The notes: generated by a model not told the origin, from the sequence alone. DNA of 64,000 nucleotides from an uncultured Candidatus Saccharibacteria bacterium (GCA_964387675.1 CAYLWL010000001.1:74819-138818); one strand, 5' to 3'; shown: positions 44,763-54,893, numbered from the stretch's first letter. Program-made: numbers and translations.

Positions 44763-46784
44763 ATGGAACCAATTTTATTCTCAATCGTGAGCAGTGTCGT
44801 GGCGATCGTTTTCGCGCTGGTTTTGGTTTGGAAAATCAGCCGGTATCCCGCGGGCGACTCGAAAATGCAGGAGATCGCCCGCGCCATTCAAGTCGGGGCT
44901 CGGGCATATCTGAACCGGCAGTATAGAACTATCGCCGTCGCCGCGATTGTCGTCGCGATTCTTGTGGGATACTTCTTGAATATCACGACGATGGCGGGAT
45001 TTTTGGTGGGCGCGGTGTTCTCCGCGGTCGCCGGGTACATCGGGATGAGTATTTCGGTGCGCGCGAACGTCAAAACGGCCGAAGCCGCGAAGTCCGGCTT
45101 GCCGAAGGCGCTCAAAGTTGCTTTTGAGGGCGGATCGGTCACCGGCCTCCTTGTGGTGGGGCTTGCGCTTCTTTCGGTAACGGTTTTCTACTGGGCGACG
45201 CACGACATCAAGGCGCTTATTGGTTTGGGATTCGGCGGAAGCTTGATCTCCGTTTTTGCGCGGCTCGGCGGAGGAATTTTTACAAAAGGAGCCGACGTGG
45301 GAGCCGATCTCGTTGGAAAAGTGGAAGCGGGAATTCCGGAAGACGATCCGCGGAATCCCGCCGTTATTGCCGATAACGTGGGCGATAACGTGAGCGATTG
45401 CGCCGGTATGGCCGCCGATCTTTTTGAAACATACGCGGTCACCGCGATCGCGGCGATGATTTTGGGCAATTTAACTTTTCCGGGATCCACCTCGGCGATT
45501 CTTTTGCCAATTATGATAGGCGCTTTTTCGGTTATCGCTTCGGTTTTAGGAATTTTATTCGTTCGGTTAGGCAAAACCAAAGGTGATGCTGGGCGAACGC
45601 CCAGCATCATGGGCGCTCTTTACAAAGGATTGGCCGCGTCCGGTATTTTCGCGGTCATTGGATTTGCGATACTAAGTTCTGGTTATACAGCGTCCAAAAG
45701 TGGATTTCCGAACACTTTGGGATTCGAGGGATTGTTCTATCCCATGCTCATCGGTATCGCGGTAACCGCGCTCATTGTTTTGATAACAGAATATTATACT
45801 TCCAAAAAATTCAGACCGGTTCGCTCAATTGCCGAGTCGTCTACCACCGGCCATGGCACAAACATCATCACCGGTCTTTCGGTCGGCATGGAAGCGACCG
45901 CGCTCCCCATCGTCGTCATAGTTGCCGGCATTTTATCCGCGTATGCGGTGAGCGGGATATACGGCATTGCGCTTGCGGTTATGAGTATGTTGGGCATGAC
46001 CGGGATTGTCGTGGCGATTGATTCTTTTGGACCAATAACGGACAACGCGGGCGGAATCGCGGAGATGGCGGGGCTTCCGGATTCGGTTCGCGAAGTAACG
46101 GACGCGCTGGACGCGGTGGGGAATACCACAAAAGCGATTACGAAAGGATACGCCATCGGTTCGGCGGGGCTTGCGGCGGTGGTTTTATTCGCTTCGTATG
46201 CCGAAGAGCTTCACGGTCGTCTTGGCCAGTTGATTTTCGATCTTACTGATCCAAAAGTTATCGTCGGTCTTCTTATCGGCGGCATGATTCCGTATCTCTT
46301 TGCTTCCATTTCGATGAGAGCCGTGAGTAAGGCCGCGGGAAGCGTGGTGAAAGAGGTGAGAAGGCAGTTCAAAGAAATTCCCGGAATTATGGAAAGGAAG
46401 GCAAAGCCCGATTACGCGAAGTGCGTTGATATCGTAACCTCCGCCGCGATAAAAGAAATGACGGTGCCGGCGCTGCTTCCGGTCGTGGTTCCGATTATCG
46501 TGGCTTTCGCGTTGGGGCCGATCGCGCTCGGCGGGGTATTGATGGGATCGATTGTTACGGGAATTTTCGTGGCGATTTCCATGACCTCCGGCGGCGCGGC
46601 GTGGGACAACGCGAAAAAGTATATTGAAGAGGGGAATCTGGGCGGCAAAGGATCGGAAGCCCACAAAGCGGCCGTCACTGGCGACACGGTGGGGGATCCA
46701 TACAAAGACACGGCCGGGCCAGCCATTAATCCCGTTATTAAAATCATAAATATAATTGCGCTTTTGTTGGTGCCGTTTTTATAG
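44763..46784 (+). CDS. hppA: membrane-bound proton/sodium-translocating pyrophosphatase
   Basis: 673 aa polytopic protein with the '[15 protein letters not shown]' signature. Confidence 0.9.
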   Translation: MEPILFSIVSSVVAIVFALVLVWKISRYPAGDSKMQEIARAIQVGARAYLNRQYRTIAVAAIVVAILVGYFLNITTMAGFLVGAVFSAVAGYIGMSISVRANVKTAEAAKSGLPKALKVAFEGGSVTGLLVVGLALLSVTVFYWATHDIKALIGLGFGGSLISVFARLGGGIFTKGADVGADLVGKVEAGIPEDDPRNPAVIADNVGDNVSDCAGMAADLFETYAVTAIAAMILGNLTFPGSTSAILLPIMIGAFSVIASVLGILFVRLGKTKGDAGRTPSIMGALYKGLAASGIFAVIGFAILSSGYTASKSGFPNTLGFEGLFYPMLIGIAVTALIVLITEYYTSKKFRPVRSIAESSTTGHGTNIITGLSVGMEATALPIVVIVAGILSAYAVSGIYGIALAVMSMLGMTGIVVAIDSFGPITDNAGGIAEMAGLPDSVREVTDALDAVGNTTKAITKGYAIGSAGLAAVVLFASYAEELHGRLGQLIFDLTDPKVIVGLLIGGMIPYLFASISMRAVSKAAGSVVKEVRRQFKEIPGIMERKAKPDYAKCVDIVTSAAIKEMTVPALLPVVVPIIVAFALGPIALGGVLMGSIVTGIFVAISMTSGGAAWDNAKKYIEEGNLGGKGSEAHKAAVTGDTVGDPYKDTAGPAINPVIKIINIIALLLVPFL

Positions 46785-46804
46785 CATACTATTGATTTTC
46801 TCTG

Positions 46805-47044
46805 ATGTCGGTGGTAAGCTACGACTATAAGTTGTCATACAGAAATATGCCCGAGCTCACCGTAACAAAAACAAAAGACTACCTTATCTTGAAAATCCCG
46901 TTGCGTGCGGCGCAACGCGGGAAATTTGCTCTTTCTCCGAAAACGGAAAGAATTATTGCCGAGGGGCTGAAGGCGTATTCGCAAGGCCGCTTTGCGGGTC
47001 CTTTTGACGCCAAAGAGGCGATCGCCTATCTTCGTAGGCGATGA
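46805..47044 (+). CDS. antitoxin partner (paralog 2)
   Basis: 79 aa with a 4-nt overlap with the toxin. The 'GPFDAKEAIAYL' motif is shared with 39628..39843. Confidence 0.5.
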   Translation: MSVVSYDYKLSYRNMPELTVTKTKDYLILKIPLRAAQRGKFALSPKTERIIAEGLKAYSQGRFAGPFDAKEAIAYLRRR

Positions 47045-47286
47045 AAGTTGTTTTTACCGAGCCGCTTCTCCGCTGCCTTAAGAAGTTGCCGCAAGAGACA
47101 AAGAAAAAGTTTGAGAAACAAATTAAGTTTCTTTTGAAAGACATTCGCCACCCGTCGCTTCGTGCTAAGAAATATGATGAAGAGAGAGATATGTGGCAAG
47201 CGAGGGTCGACGACTTTTATCGGTTTTATTTTACGATTGAGACCAGTGCGTATATCATTTTGGCGGTAACTAAGCACCCAAAGTAA
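47041..47286 (+). CDS. RelE/ParE-superfamily toxin, paralog 2
   Basis: '[33 protein letters not shown]...KHPK'. Confidence 0.6.
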   Translation: MKVVFTEPLLRCLKKLPQETKKKFEKQIKFLLKDIRHPSLRAKKYDEERDMWQARVDDFYRFYFTIETSAYIILAVTKHPK

Positions 47287-47290
47287 ACCC

Positions 47291-47887
47291 ATGGAAAAAC
47301 TCAATCAATACCTAATCCCAACAGTTATCGAAAAATCGCAGTATGGCGAGCGGGCGTATGATATTTACTCGCGTTTGCTCAAAGAGCGGATTATTTTCCT
47401 TGGCGGGCCGATACACGACGCCGTGGCGAACACGGTGATCGCCCAACTCTTGTTTTTGGAGCACGAAGATCCGAAGAAAGACATCAGGATCTATTTGAAC
47501 ACGCCGGGGGGATCGGTGACGGCCGGAATGGCGATTTATGACACGATGCAGTATGTAAAGCCGGATGTTTCCACTATTTGCGTGGGCATCGCGGCTTCGA
47601 TGGGCGCGTTTCTTTTGGCCTCCGGCAAAAAGGGGAAGAGATTTGCTTTGCCGAACTCCGAAATCCTTCTGCACCAGGTGATGGGCGGCGCCGAGGGGCA
47701 GGCGGTGGAGGTGGAGATCGCGGCGAAGCAGATTTTGCGCACGAAAGATAAACTCAATAAGCTTTTGGCGAGGCACACGGGGCAGTCGCTCGCAAAAGTG
47801 GAAAAGGACACAGATCGCGACTTTTGGTTGAGCGCGGATGAGGCGAAGGCGTACGGATTAGTAGACGAGATCATTAAAAATAAATAA
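47291..47887 (+). CDS. clpP: ATP-dependent Clp protease proteolytic subunit
   Basis: '[14 protein letters not shown]' active-site Ser region and 'HQ' His motif. Confidence 0.9.
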   Translation: MEKLNQYLIPTVIEKSQYGERAYDIYSRLLKERIIFLGGPIHDAVANTVIAQLLFLEHEDPKKDIRIYLNTPGGSVTAGMAIYDTMQYVKPDVSTICVGIAASMGAFLLASGKKGKRFALPNSEILLHQVMGGAEGQAVEVEIAAKQILRTKDKLNKLLARHTGQSLAKVEKDTDRDFWLSADEAKAYGLVDEIIKNK

Positions 47888-47896
47888 TCTCAAAAA

Positions 47897-47939
47897 ACCT
47901 TTCCATTATAACATAATATTATGTTATAATGGAAAGGTT
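47897..47939. terminator. perfect ~21-bp palindrome after clpP
   Basis: 'ACCTTTCCATTATAACATAAT/ATTATGTTATAATGGAAAGGT'. Confidence 0.5.
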
Positions 47940-48091
47940 GCGGGGCAGATGATTATGGCCGCCACGAGGCGTGTTCGATGAGACTCACCGCAGGCGGCTT
48001 TTTAATTCGCGACAGAACTTTTCGATAGTTGTTTTCTTGCTCGTGCTGTGCCATGGCGCAGAACAAGAATCCGACCCACCGACCCTGTTGG

Positions 48092-48127
48092 GCCGCACGT
48101 AACTGTGCGGCCCCATTTTTTTATCAT
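48092..48127 (+). promoter_or_regulatory. intrinsic terminator/attenuator hairpin in the tyrS 5' leader (T-box-like candidate)
   Basis: 'GGGCCGCACgtaactGTGCGGCCC' followed by 'CATTTTTTT', 20 nt upstream of the tyrS ATG. It is preceded by ~150 nt containing further hairpins. Confidence 0.5.
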
Positions 48128-48146
48128 CGTGCTAGAATAATTTGTA

Positions 48147-49337
48147 ATGACTTCAAAAGAGGAGAAAATACAAAATCTTTTGACTCGCAACGTCGAGGAA
48201 GTTATTGACCGCGCCCACCTGGAGAAAGAACTAAAGAGCGGCAAAAAACTTCGAGTGAAGCTGGGGATCGACCCTACCGGCGGGAATCTGCACATAGGCC
48301 ACGCAGTAACGTATTGGAAGCTGAAGGAGTTTCAGGCCCTTGGCCACAAACTCGTCATTATCATCGGCGACTTTACGGCACAAATTGGCGACCCTTCGGA
48401 TAAACTTGAAAAACGGCCGTTCTTATCTAAAGCGCAAGTCGAAAAAAACTTGAAGAATTACTTGCCCCAAATAGGGAAAATAGTTGACATCAGAAAAGCA
48501 GAAGTTCATCGTAACAGCGAGTGGCTTGCGGGTCTTAACTTCCGCGAAACGGCAGAACTTGCGGAATCTTTCAGCTTTCAACAAATAGTAAAACGACGGA
48601 ATTTTCAAGAAAGGATAGCAAGAGACGAGGATATCACTTTGCGCGAGCTTATGTATCCGCTGATGCAGGGATATGATTCCGTTGCCGTGAAAGCCGACGT
48701 GGAGCTTGGCGGAAGCGATCAACTTTTCAATCTTACGGCGGGAAGGCGCGTACAAAAACATTACGGCCAAAAGCCGCAGGATATCATGACGATGAAGATG
48801 TTGGTCGGTCTTGACGGACGGAAGATGTCCAAGAGCTGGGGCAACGTGATCAATATCGCGGACTCGGCCGATGAACAATTCGGGAAGGTGATGTCGATGC
48901 ACGACGACTACATAATGAATTACCTCGAGTTGGCCACTGATTTGTCTATGGACGAGATCAAGAAACTCGGCGCCGAACTTAAAAAGGGGACTAATCCGAA
49001 AAAAATAAAAGAAAAGTTGGCGTTCGAGATTGTCCGGCGTTACCACGGCGAAAAATCCGCGCGTGATGCCCGCGATACTTTTGGCAAGCTTTTCTCGAAA
49101 AAAGAAATCCCGGCGGATGTTCCCGCGCTCAAACTTCCCTCGAAACATATTTCCATAAGAGAGGTTGTTTTATCATCCGGCGTCGCGAAAAGCAAAAGCG
49201 AGGCGCGGCGGCTCATCGAGCAGGGCGCCGTTGAGGTGAACGGCTCCGTGATAAACAATCCGGCAGAAACGATTCTCTTCAAAGGCGGAGAGATTTTGAA
49301 AGTCGGCAAGAGGAAGTTTTTCCGAGTGAAAGTTTAA
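48147..49337 (+). CDS. tyrS: tyrosine--tRNA ligase (with C-terminal S4 domain)
   Basis: 'HIGH' region 'GNLHIGHAV', 'KMSKS', and 'GGSDQ'. Confidence 0.85.
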   Translation: MTSKEEKIQNLLTRNVEEVIDRAHLEKELKSGKKLRVKLGIDPTGGNLHIGHAVTYWKLKEFQALGHKLVIIIGDFTAQIGDPSDKLEKRPFLSKAQVEKNLKNYLPQIGKIVDIRKAEVHRNSEWLAGLNFRETAELAESFSFQQIVKRRNFQERIARDEDITLRELMYPLMQGYDSVAVKADVELGGSDQLFNLTAGRRVQKHYGQKPQDIMTMKMLVGLDGRKMSKSWGNVINIADSADEQFGKVMSMHDDYIMNYLELATDLSMDEIKKLGAELKKGTNPKKIKEKLAFEIVRRYHGEKSARDARDTFGKLFSKKEIPADVPALKLPSKHISIREVVLSSGVAKSKSEARRLIEQGAVEVNGSVINNPAETILFKGGEILKVGKRKFFRVKV

Positions 49338-49726
49338 TTCCCTATTTCGGGAATGTCACGGTGTCCAGTTTGTTTATCGTCGCATATCTGGCATTTTTGC
49401 GAGGAAAATTTTGCTTAATGGATAAAATGTTTCAAGGAGCGAGCCTTTCTGTCTTTGAGAAGCTCTCGGACCCAGCCGCAGCTTGGTCTCCGACCGCAGT
49501 CGGAGTGCGGCTGGGGAGAGGCAGGCGATATTTAGCCGCTGGAGCTAAATAGACGCCGGTTCTCAAAGATAGAAAGGCGAGCGAAAGTTATCCACAGCCC
49601 CACGTTTGACGACCAGCGTCACGGAGTTAAGATTAAATCAGCTCACGGACAACTTCATACTTAATTTTTACGCGCAGCATACATGCCGCGCAAACGTTTC
49701 GGTCGCCTCAGGCGACCACCTACACG

Positions 49727-49762
49727 ACGGCCTTCCCCTGGAAGGCCGCCTCTTTTTATTTT
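49727..49762 (+). terminator. rho-independent terminator on plus strand, ~390 nt after tyrS
   Basis: 'GGCCTTCCCCTGGAAGGCC' followed by 'GCCTCTTTTTATTTT'. It bounds a structured noncoding region. Confidence 0.6.
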
Positions 49763-49821
49763 CACTTCATCATTCATCCTCGCCGCAAGTTGTGAGGTGC
49801 TCTGGAAAGTGAAAATAAAAA

Positions 49822-49861
49822 AGCGCCGCGTCCGGATGGGTCCGGGCGGCGCGCGAAGACG
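49822..49861 (-). terminator. rho-independent terminator for gene 49880..50482
   Basis: The minus strand reads 'GCGCCGCCCGGACCCATCCGGACGCGGCGC' followed by 'TTTTTTATTTT'. Confidence 0.65.
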
Positions 49862-49879
49862 GATCGGTCTTGGGTCCTC

Positions 49880-50482
49880 CTACGAGCGACCGTCGTCGGA
49901 GCTGTCGACGACCTCCAATCCCGCCGATCTAGGATGCTCCGTCTGGTACTTCTTGACGGCCTCCTTGATCCGGTCGATGAGTCCGGGCTCGACATCCGCG
50001 GCGATCTGTTCCTGGACCACGGGATCGTCGAGATCCTGGTCGCGCAAGAGGAGAACCGCGGCGGCGATTTTCTGCTCGTCGGGCATCGCCGCGATCCTGT
50101 TGCGAATGGCCTCGGCTCCCGCGGCGCTCACGTCGTGGCTGGAGACGAGGTTTTCGATGCTCCTCTCGAGAGCGACTTGGCTCGCGAAGCCGTACGAACC
50201 GCTGAAGTCGTTGATCACCGCCTCTTCTTTGGTCGTTGGCAGGCCGCTCTCGCCGAGGAGCTGATGAGTGAGCCGAGCGCGGTCCGCCTCGTTGATCGCG
50301 CCCTCGTGGACGAGCGCGCCGAGTACTTCTCTTCCTTCCTCGTTTGTGGGCCGTGTTTTTCTGGCGCCGTCTATGACGTACCAACGATACGTCACTCGTG
50401 CCAGAGCTAGTCGCAGATTATCATGGGTTCCGTGATAAGTCAATTTTTTTTGGAGTATCTTTACGACTTCACTCGAACTCAT
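49880..50482 (-). CDS. hypothetical protein (GC-rich island)
   Basis: 200 aa with no known domain. Local GC is about 60%, well above the surroundings. Terminators lie on both sides. Confidence 0.45.
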   Translation of the reverse strand: MSSSEVVKILQKKLTYHGTHDNLRLALARVTYRWYVIDGARKTRPTNEEGREVLGALVHEGAINEADRARLTHQLLGESGLPTTKEEAVINDFSGSYGFASQVALERSIENLVSSHDVSAAGAEAIRNRIAAMPDEQKIAAAVLLLRDQDLDDPVVQEQIAADVEPGLIDRIKEAVKKYQTEHPRSAGLEVVDSSDDGRS

Positions 50483-50717
50483 TTTATGCGAAATTCCTGA
50501 AAAAATCCAATCGCTCCGCCCCGCCGCCAGCCGCCGAGTACGGCGGCCTGCCTCGCAGAAAAACTTTCTTTACAATTTTGATTTTGCGCGCGTCAGTTTT
50601 TTCTCTAAAAGGAAAAGGTGATTTTTCTACGAGGTAGTGCCGCTTGGCGGCACGGCGGCGGGGCGGCTTCCTTTTGTCGGGAATTTTTGATAAAGTAGGT
50701 TCGAGCTGAGTTGTATA

Positions 50718-50791
50718 TGGAGCGGGATACCGGAATCGAACCGGCGTCTACTCCTTGGAAGAGAGTCGTACTGCCACTGTACTAATCCCGC
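50718..50791 (-). tRNA. tRNA-Gly (anticodon UCC)
   Basis: Cloverleaf folded by hand: acceptor GCGGGAT/ATCCCGC, anticodon loop CTTCCAA, T-arm GGTTCGATTCC, CCA encoded. Confidence 0.85.
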
Positions 50792-50861
50792 TTGCAGGTG
50801 TCCCGCCTCCGGCGGGACCTTCGCCAATTGCTATTCTATGAATCCTAAATCCTCAATCGTA

Positions 50862-50895
50862 AATCTTCAAGCAAAAGCGAAGGCCGGCTCCTGGA
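50862..50895 (-). terminator. hairpin terminator candidate after gene 50908..52311
   Basis: The minus strand reads 'AGCCGGCTCCAGGAGCCGGCC' followed by a T-rich tract. Confidence 0.4.
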
Positions 50896-50907
50896 GCCGG
50901 CTATTTA

Positions 50908-52311
50908 CTATCTCGTGATGTTCACCGCAATACTGTATTCGTCAGAATTTCCTGCCGCGTCTTTTACTTTGGTCTGTATGGAATGCCGCCCTTCGGAAAG
51001 AGAGCCGGCGTCTATAGTGAGGGAAACACCTTTTTGGTCTCCGGGAGCGATTCTTTGGCAGAAGACACCGTCCAGTTCTACGTCCAGTTGCGTAACGGCA
51101 ACGTTGTCTCCGAGAAGAACATTCACTTTGATTTTTTGCCGCAGCGTATCATATTGCACCGGCGGGACAATCAAGACGTGGGGCGACACGGCATCGACGT
51201 CTTTCGATCCGCCGTACAGTTCCCAAATCTTCTGTCGGGTAATGTCTATGTAGAGCCACGGAGAGTCGCCCCAGGAGTCTCTCTCTTGGACTTGATGACA
51301 TGGTTCTGTCCAACATCTTGCATCTGGCGTGCTCGACAGATGGCCATCCTTGAGGAAGTGGCTCATCGGAACCGCGGGATACATACCACTACCCTCCGCG
51401 TATTCGTTCCAGGATTCGACGTAAACGCGGTCAATGCTGTCCTTGTGGGCTATGATTTCGTCCCATCCCGCTTTGTAGGACTCGGCATTGTTTCGGGGTA
51501 AAAACCTCCGCGACGGGTAGCTTCTATCTGGAGGCCAAAAACCGACAAGCAAGTCTGCGCCCCTGCCGCTCCGCTGAACTGGTTCTGGTCCGGTGAAAAG
51601 GTAATTAATTTCGTCGGGGCCTCCACTAATCCAGTTTGGATGCACGCTCCAGAACGCTTCGAATCCGAAATCTAACAGCAGTTCCCCGCTTAAGTACCGG
51701 AAAAAATCAGAAGGTACGTAATTATCTTTGAGAGGGACATACCAGACGGCCACGAGAACTTTGCGGTCTATGCTGGCAAGTTGACTGGCGTCTAAGAGTC
51801 TGCCACTCGACTGGGCGCCGTAAAAGACCTCCAGATACATCTCGAACCATTTTTTGATGACTTGATAGAAATCCTCTCTTCCCCTAGCGGTGCGCAGATC
51901 TTTCTCCTCGGAATACGAGAGAAAGCTGGCCGATTCAAAAAATGGTACGATTTTAGGAGTCGAAAGCATTTTTCTTCTGTTATCACTTATCGCCAACAGG
52001 TGATTTTTCTGTTGAAGATCGTTGTGGTAAGAAACCTGGAACAGCTCCATATTGAAACCAGCTTGTCGCATTAGCCTTTCTTGGCTTTTCCAGAAATCTA
52101 CACCTCCGTCCCACGCTCGCCTTCCCTCGATTGGAATCCAAGGAGAAGTCCACTGGCCGGAATTTGCCGTGAACCAGTGAAACACCACCGGACCGATGAG
52201 TTTTTCGGTCGGGTTGGCGCCGGTTTCCGTTCGTCGAATTTGCCCTTCCGAGAATAGCGGCGGCGAGAAAATGGCAAGAGTTGTCAGCCACAGTACTATG
52301 GCCTTCCTCAT
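50908..52311 (-). CDS. secreted hypothetical protein (Trp-rich, possible glycoside-hydrolase-like fold plus C-terminal Ig-like domain)
   Basis: Signal peptide, 467 aa. The domain guess is weak. Confidence 0.4.
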   Translation of the reverse strand: MRKAIVLWLTTLAIFSPPLFSEGQIRRTETGANPTEKLIGPVVFHWFTANSGQWTSPWIPIEGRRAWDGGVDFWKSQERLMRQAGFNMELFQVSYHNDLQQKNHLLAISDNRRKMLSTPKIVPFFESASFLSYSEEKDLRTARGREDFYQVIKKWFEMYLEVFYGAQSSGRLLDASQLASIDRKVLVAVWYVPLKDNYVPSDFFRYLSGELLLDFGFEAFWSVHPNWISGGPDEINYLFTGPEPVQRSGRGADLLVGFWPPDRSYPSRRFLPRNNAESYKAGWDEIIAHKDSIDRVYVESWNEYAEGSGMYPAVPMSHFLKDGHLSSTPDARCWTEPCHQVQERDSWGDSPWLYIDITRQKIWELYGGSKDVDAVSPHVLIVPPVQYDTLRQKIKVNVLLGDNVAVTQLDVELDGVFCQRIAPGDQKGVSLTIDAGSLSEGRHSIQTKVKDAAGNSDEYSIAVNITR

Positions 52312-52427
52312 TATCCCTCCGTATTTCTTAACAAGATCCTATATATTGCGATATACGATATATCTGCCCCTGTCAATGAACTTGCGCGTAATTCATTTTT
52401 TATGGCCCTTGCTTCTCCTCGTCAAAT

Positions 52428-53042
52428 TTGCTAGAAATAATTGAACAAATGGCTCGCAAGGCAATCCTATTCTTCATTTTCGTGCTTGTGGTCGGCGGCG
52501 GCTACGCCTTCTATCATTTTTGGTCTTCCCCGGGCGCCATCTCTCCCGATTTCAACGAATCGCGGCTTCAGGGCGCGCTCATTGCGCAGAATATCGTTAC
52601 GCTTTCCAACCAGTCCGCGCTTGATTTGTCGAAGATCGGCGAGCTCGACAGAAGCGGAAAATTCACCGAAGCCCTTAATTTGACGGCCGACGCGGTGCGT
52701 CAAAGCCAAGAAATCAGAGATCAGGCGGTTGCGTTATCGAGCGAAACGGAACGGATGACAAAGTCGCTCTCGAGCATCGATTCGTTCGAGGCCCGTCAGG
52801 CGGTTTTGGAATCGATCGCGAACCGGCTGGCCCTGATCAGTCGGCTGATCAACTACAGCGGCTACTTGGGCCAACTGCTCGATGTTCTGCACAATCGTTT
52901 CAACGGGAAGTTTTCAAAGGGCCAAGCCGCGCAAATTTCCAACTTGGTTGAATCCATAAACGGAGAAGTGAGGGCGATCAATAACTTCAACCAACAAGCG
53001 AGCCAGGCGATGGATCGGTTTGATAAGACAGTGAATAGGTAG
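52428..53042 (+). CDS. membrane-anchored coiled-coil hypothetical protein
   Basis: N-terminal TM then Gln/Ser-rich helical region. Confidence 0.4.
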   Translation: MLEIIEQMARKAILFFIFVLVVGGGYAFYHFWSSPGAISPDFNESRLQGALIAQNIVTLSNQSALDLSKIGELDRSGKFTEALNLTADAVRQSQEIRDQAVALSSETERMTKSLSSIDSFEARQAVLESIANRLALISRLINYSGYLGQLLDVLHNRFNGKFSKGQAAQISNLVESINGEVRAINNFNQQASQAMDRFDKTVNR

Positions 53043-53296
53043 ATGGTTCCACCGCATTGCTCCTCGGAAACAAAACAGAGAAGACGACCATCGCAAGTCA
53101 TTTGGCTACCGCTCGCGTCCCCAGCGAGGACGCTCGCTGGCGCTTCTTCCTCGCTCTCCTTCGACACGGCTCAGGAACCATGCCCGCTCGGTCGAAGAGC
53201 CGCGCCGAATGACTTGCGACGGTCGTCTCCGGCGCGAGAGGAACCTCGGGGCAACGCGGGAGGGCTTTGTCTTGGTGGTTGAGGGGTTGGTAGAAG

Positions 53297-53371
53297 GGGC
53301 GCATAGCTCAATGGCAGAGCACCGAGCTTATACCTCGGCGGTTCTAGGTTCGAATCCTAGTGCGCCCACCA
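53297..53371 (+). tRNA. tRNA-Ile (anticodon UAU)
   Basis: Acceptor GGGCGCA/TGCGCCC, D-arm GCTCAATGGCAGAGC, anticodon stem CCGAG/CTCGG with loop CTTATAC, T-arm CTAGGTTCGAATCCTAG, CCA encoded. Confidence 0.8.
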
Positions 53372-54893
53372 GTATTAAACTTTCAGAAATTTTGCCAATG
53401 GATTTTGCCGCGCGAAGCGCGGAAAGGTATGGAAACACTGGCTCGCCGCGCACGGCGCGGCTCGCCAAGCGCAGGTTCGAGCCAAAGATTTCTTTGGCGG
53501 CAACCTTTTTCTCTTGAAGGTTGCTATCCCTTGCGATTTTGACGAGGTTTGAAGCGACTTTTATCCAGTTTTGGAAGGGTTCGAGCCAATCATTCTGCTT
53601 TTGTTCAATCCGCGTCATTTTCTCGTCCAGCGACTTCTTTTCAGACAACAAGATAGCTTTCTGTTCTCGGTATATTTCTCGCTCAATATCCTGTTCCAAA
53701 TAGCCATCCAGAAGTCGCTGGAGCTTCGTTTGTATCGCGCGGATTTTGATTTGGCTTTCTTGAACAAAAGCAGAAACGGATTGGGCGGATACCGCTTTGT
53801 CTTTTTCTGCCATTGCTAAAAGTTTTTCCGCCCAATCCGCGCGCAAAGAAAATTTTTGAAGCAGAGAGGAAATTTGTTTGTCCAGTTCCTCTTGGCGAAT
53901 ACAGGGTTCGAGACACTTTATTGATTTGTTTTTCTTGGTGCAATGATAGTAAATATAATCGTGGACATTTCCATTTTTCTGCTTCTTAACCCTGTATTCG
54001 CCAGTTATGGACATTCCACAAGTGCCGCACTTCAGTAGCCCGCACAAATGTTGCGGCTCATACTTTGTTTTGTGGTGCGGCCTTCCTCTCTGCTTCAAAA
54101 CTTCCTGAACTTTATCAAAAATTTTCTTTGCGACGATTGGCTCATACTTTCCTTCGTGGAGTTCACCGCTGTATTTGAATAGTCCGGTGTAAAAAGGATT
54201 TGAGAGGATAAAAGTCGCCCTCGTCTTGTGGATTCTCTTTCCACCGCGGGATAGTATCCCGCGGTGCGCCAAAAAGTCCGAAATGTCCTCTAACCGTGAA
54301 TTGCCCTCGGCGTAAAGTTCAAAAGCCCCGCGAATAACTTTTGCTTTCTTCCTATCCACTACCACTGTTTTTGTGCGGCTGTCGTTGATATAGCCGATGG
54401 GCGCGGGGCCGGGATATTCTCCGCGCTTTACTTTTTGGCGCAAACCGCGCTTTGTGTTTTCGGAAAGAGAATCCACATAGTATTTGCTTTGCCCAAATAC
54501 AATGTTCAACATAAATTTTCCTTGCGGCGTATTTTCAAACCACAGCGTTGGAAATTTCAAGCTCGCAAGTTTTTCAGTGTCCAAAAGATAAATGATACGC
54601 CCGCCGTCCACAGAATTGCGCGCCAATCTGTCCGCGTGCCAAGCCAAAATTCCGTTGGCCTCGCCTCGTTCTATCTTGTCCAGCATCTCGTTAAATATCG
54701 GCCTACCCGGAATTTTGGCTGATTGTTTTTCAATAAGGACATCAACGATATTCAAATTTTCTTGTTTTGCAAAGGCGCGCAATTCCGCGATCTGGTCTTC
54801 AATCGAGCGCACTTGTTTATCCTCCACATCGGTGGACTTGCGGGCGTAAAGGAAAAATTTATGTTGTTCCATATTCATAGTTTTATTGGGCAA
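53328..54893 (-). CDS. large serine recombinase (resolvase N-domain plus recombinase domain plus zinc ribbon)
   Basis: 'FLYARKSTDVEDKQVRSIEDQ' catalytic Ser region and 'CGLLKCGTCG' zinc motif. The 3' end reads through IR-A into the tRNA, so the true stop is uncertain. Confidence 0.8.
   Translation of the reverse strand: MPNKTMNMEQHKFFLYARKSTDVEDKQVRSIEDQIAELRAFAKQENLNIVDVLIEKQSAKIPGRPIFNEMLDKIERGEANGILAWHADRLARNSVDGGRIIYLLDTEKLASLKFPTLWFENTPQGKFMLNIVFGQSKYYVDSLSENTKRGLRQKVKRGEYPGPAPIGYINDSRTKTVVVDRKKAKVIRGAFELYAEGNSRLEDISDFLAHRGILSRGGKRIHKTRATFILSNPFYTGLFKYSGELHEGKYEPIVAKKIFDKVQEVLKQRGRPHHKTKYEPQHLCGLLKCGTCGMSITGEYRVKKQKNGNVHDYIYYHCTKKNKSIKCLEPCIRQEELDKQISSLLQKFSLRADWAEKLLAMAEKDKAVSAQSVSAFVQESQIKIRAIQTKLQRLLDGYLEQDIEREIYREQKAILLSEKKSLDEKMTRIEQKQNDWLEPFQNWIKVASNLVKIARDSNLQEKKVAAKEIFGSNLRLASRAVRGEPVFPYLSALRAAKSIGKISESLILVGALGFEPRTAEV
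53368..53480. repeat. IR-A (113 bp), left inverted repeat flanking the recombinase; starts within the tRNA-Ile 3' end
   Basis: Near-perfect reverse complement of 54921-55033. Confidence 0.8.

Noticed and set aside
49338-49762. tmRNA or RNase P RNA assignment for the structured non-coding region
   Set aside because: I could not find a tRNA-like 3' end (GGTTCGA...CCA), a tag-peptide reading frame ending in ALAA, or the RNase P P4 motif (AGGAAAGUCCGGGC). It is kept only as an unclassified ncRNA candidate.
49683-50410. Alternative overlapping ORFs (49683..50264 +, 49929..50384 -, 49934..50410 +) in the GC-rich island
   Set aside because: Multiple overlapping frames are expected in high-GC DNA. 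Only the longest (49880..50482 -), which has a downstream terminator, was retained.
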